This document shows, in pieces, positions 57,842-64,000 of a stretch of 64,000 nt of DNA; positions within the stretch are counted from its first letter, which is position 1, and each line of letters starts with the position of its first letter. The stretch lies in assembly GCA_017624895.1 (NCBI GenBank), contig JAGAMB010000064.1, positions 11,139 through 75,138 of the forward strand, written 5' to 3'. The stretch is from Ruminococcus sp. GTDB taxonomy: Bacteria; Bacillota; Clostridia; Oscillospirales; Ruminococcaceae. A program made the position numbers and the translations under genes. The notes under the pieces are model-generated. The model had not been told where the DNA came from. It saw only the letters and a program-made list of their open reading frames with translations, and made no database searches.

Positions 57842-58483
57842 TTATTCATTTACTTGGTTAATGCTATTTTTAACCGTTTCTATTTTTTGCAAAGCATTCC
57901 TGATAAGCTTTTTACCCATAATTATCGCCAATATGATAACTACAGCAACAACTGCTATTAAAACAAAGCCGACAATCACCATTATCTTCATAACTTTTAC
58001 AGATTCTTCGGAAATGGGATAAAAAGCCTTATCAGGTTCATTCGGATCAACAAACACTTCCTGTTTTTTTCCGACCATTGCCTGCAATTCTTCCCAATTC
58101 TCTGCATCAGATTTATCCTTATCATCTCTGCTTGGACGATTATCGTCATCCTCAGCGGTTGAATAATGGAAACTGCCATTCTCATAATATTTCATATCAT
58201 AGATATACTCTTTATTGTTATACTCATATGACAATTTCATATATCCTATGGTACTGTCATTTTTATATTCCCTGTCAACAGAAATAACAGTTGCTGTAAC
58301 AGGCTCTAAGCTGCGTTTTCTGATATCCATTTCTTCATTATACATCGGCAGAAATGTTTTCAGGAGATATCCGCCTAAAGCACCCATTGCAGTACAGAAA
58401 CCAACAATAACCACTATCAGTATCCTTATAACAAATATTTTAAAAGATGTTTGTGTTCCTGAACCATTTATTTCTAAGTCCAT
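57842..58483 (-). CDS. Two-TM membrane protein (DUF3592-like)
   Basis: TM - V.ATV...Y.Y....Y ... G....V.VDP..P - TM architecture. Confidence 0.7.
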   Translation of the reverse strand: MDLEINGSGTQTSFKIFVIRILIVVIVGFCTAMGALGGYLLKTFLPMYNEEMDIRKRSLEPVTATVISVDREYKNDSTIGYMKLSYEYNNKEYIYDMKYYENGSFHYSTAEDDDNRPSRDDKDKSDAENWEELQAMVGKKQEVFVDPNEPDKAFYPISEESVKVMKIMVIVGFVLIAVVAVVIILAIIMGKKLIRNALQKIETVKNSINQVNE

Positions 58484-58518
58484 AAAAAACTCCTTAAATC
58501 ATTGTTCCCCCAAATTTT

Positions 58519-59370
58519 TTATGAAAGTGCAAGAAGCATTTCCCTTATAATCTTGCAGGCAACTGCTGTTGATGCTCCCGACTGGTCATAATGAGGGCTT
58601 AACTCATTAACGTCACATCCTACTATATCAAGCTCTGAGCATACAAGTGTTACAGCTTTTCTCAGCTCATCAAATGTAACTCCCCCCGCTTCGGGAGTAC
58701 CTGTTCCGGGAAATACCGAGGGATCAAGCACATCAAGATCAAGGGTGAAATAAACTTTTTTCCCTTTCAGTTTTTCAACAACTTCTTCAAGTCCGCTGAA
58801 ATCAAATTTGTTCATCTCAGTATGCTCTGAGGCGAAAACAAATTCCTCACGATCACCGCTTCTTATACCAAACTGGAAAATATGACCATCCCCCACAAGC
58901 TCGTGACATCTTCTGAGTACGCAGGCATGGGATAAAGGCTGACCTAAATAGTCATCGCGCAGATCAGCATGAGCGTCAAAGTGAATAATATACAGATCCT
59001 CCGCTTTGTCCTTTGCCGCCATAACTGCTCCGAGAGTTACAAGATGTTCGCCGCCTATCATAAACGGAATCTTTCCGTCGCTGAGAATTGTATCTGTCCG
59101 CATTGCAATATCTGCAATGGTACGTCTTACGCTGCCGAACGGAAGCTCTAAATCTCCGCTGTCAAAATAGCTGTAATCCGTCATATCCTTGTCCTGATAA
59201 GGACTGTAGGTTTCAATTCCGAAGCTTTCGTTTCTTATGGCAGAGGGAGCAAATCTTGTTCCCGGACGGAAACTTGTTGTTCCGTCAAAGCCTGCTCCGA
59301 AAAGCACTATTTTTGCGCTGTCATATTCGCTGTCACAGCCGATAAAGGTCTGTACATTTTTTTCAAGCAT
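58519..59370 (-). CDS. speB: Agmatinase / ureohydrolase
   Basis: GGEH, DAHADLR, DLDVLDP...PGTGTPE.GG. Confidence 0.95.
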   Translation of the reverse strand: MLEKNVQTFIGCDSEYDSAKIVLFGAGFDGTTSFRPGTRFAPSAIRNESFGIETYSPYQDKDMTDYSYFDSGDLELPFGSVRRTIADIAMRTDTILSDGKIPFMIGGEHLVTLGAVMAAKDKAEDLYIIHFDAHADLRDDYLGQPLSHACVLRRCHELVGDGHIFQFGIRSGDREEFVFASEHTEMNKFDFSGLEEVVEKLKGKKVYFTLDLDVLDPSVFPGTGTPEAGGVTFDELRKAVTLVCSELDIVGCDVNELSPHYDQSGASTAVACKIIREMLLALS

Positions 59371-59386
59371 TTATTTTTCTCCTCGA

Positions 59387-60238
59387 TTACTCAACATCGC
59401 GGAGCATTTCCTCAACATAATTCGGCAGAGAAAATGCGCCCGTGTGAAGCTTTGTATTGTAATATTTAGTTTTAAGCCCCAGCATATTCCACTTTATCCC
59501 GTTAAGATCGTGTACAGGGTGGTACTTCTTCGACGCAAAGCCGAAAAGCCAATGTCCTGAGGGATAGGTGGGAATGTGCGCCTGATATACACGGCTTATG
59601 GGAAAGCTTTCAACTATCCTCTTGTGGGAACGCTGCATTGCTGCCGCATCCTCATCATAAAATGGACTTTCATGCTGATTGACCATAATTCCGTCCTCAC
59701 GGAGCGCTTTATTGCAGCTGCCGTAGAACTCCTTTGTGAAAAGTCCTTCTCCCGGTCCAAAAGGATCGGTGGAATCAACAATTATAACATCATATTTATT
59801 TTCACAGCGGCGAATAAACTTAACCCCGTCCTCGTAATAGATATTTACCCTTTCATCATCAAGACGGCAGGCAGTTGTGGGCAGATATTTCTTGCTGACT
59901 TCCACCACAAGCTCATCAATCTCCACAAGGTCTATCGACTCAACTGTAGGATATCGTGTAAGCTCACGTACAACACCGCCGTCACCTGCACCTATAACGA
60001 GTATATTTTTCGGGTTCGGATGAACTGCCATTGGTATATGAGTTATCATCTCATGATAGATAAATTCGTCCTTCTCCGTCAGCATCATATAGCCGTCAAG
60101 AGTGAGAAATCTGCCGAACTCCTTTGAATCAAAAACATCTATACGCTGAAATTCGCTTTGTCCCGTATAAAGCTGACGATCAACCTTGATTGAAAATTTA
60201 ACGTTGGGAGTATGTCTTTCCGTAAACCACAGCTCCAT
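59387..60238 (-). CDS. speE: Polyamine aminopropyltransferase (spermidine synthase)
   Basis: WFTE, LDG, DEFIYHEM, IGAGDGG, VEID, DSTDP, PTYP.G.W; start moved to ATG 60238. Confidence 0.96.
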   Translation of the reverse strand: MELWFTERHTPNVKFSIKVDRQLYTGQSEFQRIDVFDSKEFGRFLTLDGYMMLTEKDEFIYHEMITHIPMAVHPNPKNILVIGAGDGGVVRELTRYPTVESIDLVEIDELVVEVSKKYLPTTACRLDDERVNIYYEDGVKFIRRCENKYDVIIVDSTDPFGPGEGLFTKEFYGSCNKALREDGIMVNQHESPFYDEDAAAMQRSHKRIVESFPISRVYQAHIPTYPSGHWLFGFASKKYHPVHDLNGIKWNMLGLKTKYYNTKLHTGAFSLPNYVEEMLRDVE

Positions 60239-60260
60239 TTGATCCCCTCCTTGCGTTGTG

Positions 60261-61184
60261 TCAATGATTTGCAAAAATGGATTTTTTCAATTCATCAGCA
60301 TAAACAATTTCGCCGCTGTCAATCTTATCAGACGGAACTTCCTCGCCCATCAGATGCATTTTTCTCATAATCCACTCGGAGTTTTCGTCCTCAGCAAGGA
60401 AGAAATTGAAATTCTGAGGAGAACCGACGTATTCTTCAAAATCCTTCATTATGTTCTCCATTATTTCAGCATACTTTTCCTTGTCGAGGTTTTTATTAAT
60501 TACAAACTGGCAAGTGAAAACATAATCCTTGTTTGAACATAAGCTTTTCAGGTCTGATTCTGATACGGAATAACCGCTTCCTACTGACATTCTTTCCTTT
60601 ACAATTTCGCATGATTTATCAAAATCCTCGCTATTTGAGTCCTCATACGCTCCGATGAAAACGGGAGGATATACAAATATGGATAAATTACCGATTTCAG
60701 GACATATATAAATTCCACGAATATTGTCATACTCCAATTCTAAATGCTTTGAAGCTATTTTTTCCACAAACTCATTTTTTGCAATATCGCCCATAAGAAG
60801 CGTTATAAACGAATCTAATTCAGACAAGTCGTGAATTTCCTCGCTTTTATAATAATCTGCGTCAACATTAGCATATTCACTTGTTCGATATGTGGCAACT
60901 TTTTCCTGACCGTCCTTTAAATAATAGGTTATGTCCCTCGATGTAATTGTCTGTGCAAATTCCGTATCGGCACGGATCACATTCTGCACAGGTTCAGCAA
61001 CCTTATAATTTCCATTGAATGTATAGTCAAGAAAGTCCTTATATTGAGAAATAGCCTTGTCACTTGTCTGAACATCGGCACTTGAAATATCTCCGCCCTG
61101 TGAGCTGCTGACCTCTGTCTTATCACAAGCTGTAAGAAGCATTGCTGCCGCCATAACAGCCGCAAGCATCATTTTCTTTTTCAT
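60261..61184 (-). CDS. Hypothetical lipoprotein
   Basis: MKKK plus lipobox LTAC, Ser-rich linker, SD GGAGG; no recognisable family motif. Confidence 0.8.
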   Translation of the reverse strand: MKKKMMLAAVMAAAMLLTACDKTEVSSSQGGDISSADVQTSDKAISQYKDFLDYTFNGNYKVAEPVQNVIRADTEFAQTITSRDITYYLKDGQEKVATYRTSEYANVDADYYKSEEIHDLSELDSFITLLMGDIAKNEFVEKIASKHLELEYDNIRGIYICPEIGNLSIFVYPPVFIGAYEDSNSEDFDKSCEIVKERMSVGSGYSVSESDLKSLCSNKDYVFTCQFVINKNLDKEKYAEIMENIMKDFEEYVGSPQNFNFFLAEDENSEWIMRKMHLMGEEVPSDKIDSGEIVYADELKKSIFANH

Positions 61185-61200
61185 GATTTTTGTCCTCCTA

Positions 61201-62658
61201 TTACGCAAGAACGTTAAGACGTTCTATATTTATGTCCTCAGTTCCTGTCATCTGACATCCTTTTTCCTTGGCATATCTTATATATTTTATGATCTCCTCC
61301 GTTATAAGCTCTCCCGGAGCAAGTATTGGTATACCCGGAGGGTAACACATTACAAACTCTGTACATATTCTTCCGGCGGCTTCATCAAGAGGAAGGGATA
61401 TTTTATCGGCATAAAATGCCTTTCTTGGAGTGTCGGCAACAATTGGAGAAATATACTCCTGTGTTAACATATCTGCTCCCGTCTGTCCAAAGCGCCGTTT
61501 TATTTCAGCAAGAGCGCTTATAAGACGCTCAATATCACGGGTTCTGTCACCTACGGAGATATAGGCAAGAATATTGCCTATATCTCCAAATTCTATCTGT
61601 ATATCATACTCATCACGGAGCAAGTCATAAACTTCAATTCCTGCAAGACCGATAGGCAGAGTATAAATACTCAGCTTTGATATATCAAAATCGTATACGC
61701 TGTCACCATTTACAAGCTCCCTTGAATATGCATAATATCCGCCTATGCTGTTTATCTCAGAACGAGCGTATTCCGCCATTTCAACAGATTTTGCAAATAT
61801 CTCACGCCCGCCCAATGCAAGACGCTTTCTCGAAAGATCAAGACTTGACAAAAGCAGATATGAAGCGCTTGTTGTCTGTGTTAGATTTACAACCTGCCGC
61901 ATATAATCTGAGTTTATATTTTTTCCCATAAGCAGGAATGAGCTTTGTGTAAGACTTCCCCCTGATTTGTGCATACTTACAGAGGCAATATCAGCTCCGG
62001 CTGCCATTGCTGTTACAGGGAAGTTTTCCCCGAAATAAAAGTGTGTACCGTGAGCCTCATCTACAAGAACAAGCATATTATGTTCATGGGCAAGCTTTAC
62101 AATTTTTCTGAGGTCTGAGCATATGCCGTAATAGGTGGGATTATTCACCATAATTGCCTTTGCCTGCGGGTTTTCGCGTATCGCTCTCTCAACCTGCTCA
62201 ACAGACATACCAAGGGCTATTCCCAGCTGATTATTTACATCAGGATTGACGTAAACAGGAACAGCTCCCGTCAGTATAAGTGCGTTTATTGCACTTCTGT
62301 GAACGTTTCGCGGCATTATAATTTTGTCGCCGCTTTTACAGGCATACATTATCATACTCTGAACAGCTGAGGTAGTACCTCCCACCATAAAAAATGCATT
62401 TGCAGCTCCGAAAGCTTCTGCTGCAAGCTCCTCAGCATCACGAATGACTGAAACAGGATGACAAAGATTATCAAGAGGTTTCATAGAATTTACGTCAACG
62501 TTCATACAATCCTCGCCGAGAAACTCTGTCAGCTCCATATTTCCCCTGCCTCTTTTATGTCCGGGAACGTCAAAGGGGACAACTCTCATTCGCCTGAATT
62601 TTCTAAGAGCCTCATAAATGGGCGCATTAACCTGAGAAAGAGCCATTTCCGAAAACAT
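61201..62658 (-). CDS. speA: PLP-dependent Orn/Lys/Arg decarboxylase (likely arginine decarboxylase)
   Basis: FDVPGHK, PRNVH.S, DEAHG, SMHKS (PLP lysine), TTS.SY, YPPGIP...PGE. Confidence 0.88.
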   Translation of the reverse strand: MFSEMALSQVNAPIYEALRKFRRMRVVPFDVPGHKRGRGNMELTEFLGEDCMNVDVNSMKPLDNLCHPVSVIRDAEELAAEAFGAANAFFMVGGTTSAVQSMIMYACKSGDKIIMPRNVHRSAINALILTGAVPVYVNPDVNNQLGIALGMSVEQVERAIRENPQAKAIMVNNPTYYGICSDLRKIVKLAHEHNMLVLVDEAHGTHFYFGENFPVTAMAAGADIASVSMHKSGGSLTQSSFLLMGKNINSDYMRQVVNLTQTTSASYLLLSSLDLSRKRLALGGREIFAKSVEMAEYARSEINSIGGYYAYSRELVNGDSVYDFDISKLSIYTLPIGLAGIEVYDLLRDEYDIQIEFGDIGNILAYISVGDRTRDIERLISALAEIKRRFGQTGADMLTQEYISPIVADTPRKAFYADKISLPLDEAAGRICTEFVMCYPPGIPILAPGELITEEIIKYIRYAKEKGCQMTGTEDINIERLNVLA

Positions 62659-63409
62659 TCCTTCCGCTGAAAATTTCTATCATTTCCCTGCGCAGAGCAT
62701 TTGTAATGTCAAGGCGGCTGCGAGGTGAAAGCTCGTGTACATCGGTATTGAAAAGATAATTCTGCAATTCAATTTCCTTAATGAGCATTTTTGTGTGAAA
62801 CATATTCGCCTGATATACATTTATGTCAACTGCGTCATACTTTTCAAGTGTAACCTCGTCAATATAATTCTGAATTGATGTTATATCGTGGTCGATAAAA
62901 AGCTTCTCACCGTCAAGATTTCTTGTAAAGCCTCTGACACGATAGTCCATTGTGATTATATCGCTGTCAAAGCTTCCGATAAGATAATCAAGAGCTGTGA
63001 GAGGTGTGATCTTTCCGCAGGTCGCAACATCTATATCAACGCGAAACGTAGCAATACTTGTATCAGGATGATATTCAGGATATGTATGTACAGTAACATG
63101 ACTTTTGTCAAGATGAGCAACTGTTTCACTTCCGCCTGCCGGGATCATTGTATCATCAGCTATAAGAAAAGTAGCAGATGCTCCCTGTGGATCGTAATCC
63201 TGCCGTGACATACTAAGAACTTGTGCGCCTATCATCTCTGTAAGATGCGTCATTATATCGGTAATACGCTGCGAATTATAAACCTCGTCAACATAGGCGA
63301 TATAATCAAGCTGAGCCTTTGGAGTACGGGCATAGCAAACATCATATATATTAAAGCTAAGAGATTTTGTCAGATTGTTGAAGCCGTAAAGCTTTAACTT
63401 ATTTTCCAT
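62627..63409 (-). CDS. speD: S-adenosylmethionine decarboxylase proenzyme (E. coli-type)
   Basis: GFNNLTK.LSF, HLDK|SH.TVHTYPE self-cleavage site, [12 protein letters not shown]; start ATG 63409 behind GAGGTG. Confidence 0.96.
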   Translation of the reverse strand: MENKLKLYGFNNLTKSLSFNIYDVCYARTPKAQLDYIAYVDEVYNSQRITDIMTHLTEMIGAQVLSMSRQDYDPQGASATFLIADDTMIPAGGSETVAHLDKSHVTVHTYPEYHPDTSIATFRVDIDVATCGKITPLTALDYLIGSFDSDIITMDYRVRGFTRNLDGEKLFIDHDITSIQNYIDEVTLEKYDAVDINVYQANMFHTKMLIKEIELQNYLFNTDVHELSPRSRLDITNALRREMIEIFSGRNVFGNGSFSG

Positions 63410-63419
63410 AATACACCTC

Positions 63420-63454
63420 AAAAACAAAAAAGTACAAGCGTTCAGCCTGTACTT
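63420..63454 (-). terminator. Leader (attenuator) terminator directly upstream of speD
   Basis: AAGTACAGGC-TGAAC-GCTTGTACTT-TTTTGTTTTT ending at the speD SD. Confidence 0.8.
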
Positions 63455-63740
63455 GTCCAACATCGTCTACTGATAGCTTCACAGCTATATTACGAGCAAA
63501 GATACCTCTTTTACACTCTTATTGACCTTTCACAAGCTGAAAATATATTACACCTCCAGCTTGATACTCACTTCATAAGTATTGGCTGGTTCAGCAATAA
63601 ATTAGAAATACTATAATCAATAAGGCAACAGAAGTTGCCGTCCGATAAACATCGGAAATCGGCATTTGACCGGCTGTCCGTATGGCACTAACTCCTAATA
63701 GAGTGGTCAAAATAATGCTCCTGACTGAAGCTAATTTACA
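63420..63740 (-). ncRNA. Structured cis-regulatory 5' leader of the polyamine operon (ldcC-motif-like candidate)
   Basis: Several hairpins between a sigma-A promoter and an intrinsic terminator; family assignment inferred from context only. Confidence 0.55.
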
Positions 63741-63745
63741 CTATA

Positions 63746-63774
63746 ATTTTATCACAATTCAGCTATTTTGTCAA
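63746..63774 (-). promoter_or_regulatory. Sigma-A promoter of the polyamine operon
   Basis: TTGACA-17nt-TAAAAT with extended -10 TG. Confidence 0.8.
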
Positions 63775-63819
63775 TAGAAAAATTGAATTTGATACAAAAT
63801 TTCCCCCAACAAAAATTTA

Positions 63820-63992
63820 AAGCAGTACCGTACAGAGCTTGTGCAGAAGATGAGGAGTAAAACTTTTCGTCAGATTGTATAAAACTATCAGGCATACTGT
63901 CGTATGTCAAGAGTTTTTTATGCAAGATGGCGGAAAATATACAAGCTGATTACGTGCCAAACCGTCAGTCGGGCTTTATTCGGTGTTGCCTT
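63820..63992. repeat. ~173-bp palindromic element (family B, full copy)
   Basis: Ends AAGCAGTACCGTACAGAGC / GCTTTATTCGGTGTTGCCTT pair; inner IRs; central GGCATAC-TGTC-GTATGTC; ends match 55620-55642 and 55801-55834 in reverse. Confidence 0.75.
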
Positions 63993-64000
63993 ATTGTTCT

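Noticed and set aside
63410-63463. N-terminal extension of SpeD from ATG 63463
   Set aside because: No SD, overlaps the terminator; ATG 63409 has GAGGTG and the family-typical start
63610-63705. SAM-I riboswitch in the speD leader (contains CGGCAAC)
   Set aside because: No AUC-AAGAG P1 junction, kink-turn/pseudoknot P2 or GGUGC partner; GGCAAC is fully paired in a local hairpin
63781-63800. ArgR box upstream of the speD promoter
   Set aside because: TGAAT-TTG-ATACA has the wrong spacing and is a single weak match in AT-rich DNA

Overview
Chromosomal segment of a Ruminococcus-like (Oscillospiraceae) cellulosome-type Firmicute, judged from three 'SSDAS/ASDAS'-type dockerins. In order: a housekeeping operon (alaS 3' part, HIT, PRTase, comEC, holA, rnmV, MBOAT, DHHW, SDR); yunB, a class B PBP, dtd and a divergent GH42; the recN-argR-nadK-tlyA-dxs-ispA-xseBA-nusB block; a complete spoIIIAA-AH operon; a sugar ABC transporter; a dockerin-bearing papain-like protease; rsmI/mnmA/tmcAL; an LRR-half-dockerin gene; ackA; an AAC(3)-family acetyltransferase; two tandem ECF sigma/anti-sigma pairs; tRNA-Leu(CAA); and a long polyamine operon (speD-speA-speE-speB-CASDH-nspC) interleaved with accessory genes. 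No integrase, transposase, phage or CRISPR was seen. Best leads: (1) a ~330-nt structured speD leader with a terminator and a Shine-Dalgarno-led AUA uORF; (2) an intact MBOAT + DHHW pair in which both proteins appear to have lost their catalytic residues; (3) several long-hairpin ERIC/MITE-like elements, including a chimeric cluster inside the polyamine operon; (4) two paralogous Sm-fold-like genes in that operon; (5) a GH42 with a remodelled substrate pocket. All calls come from motif reading by eye; no searches were run.
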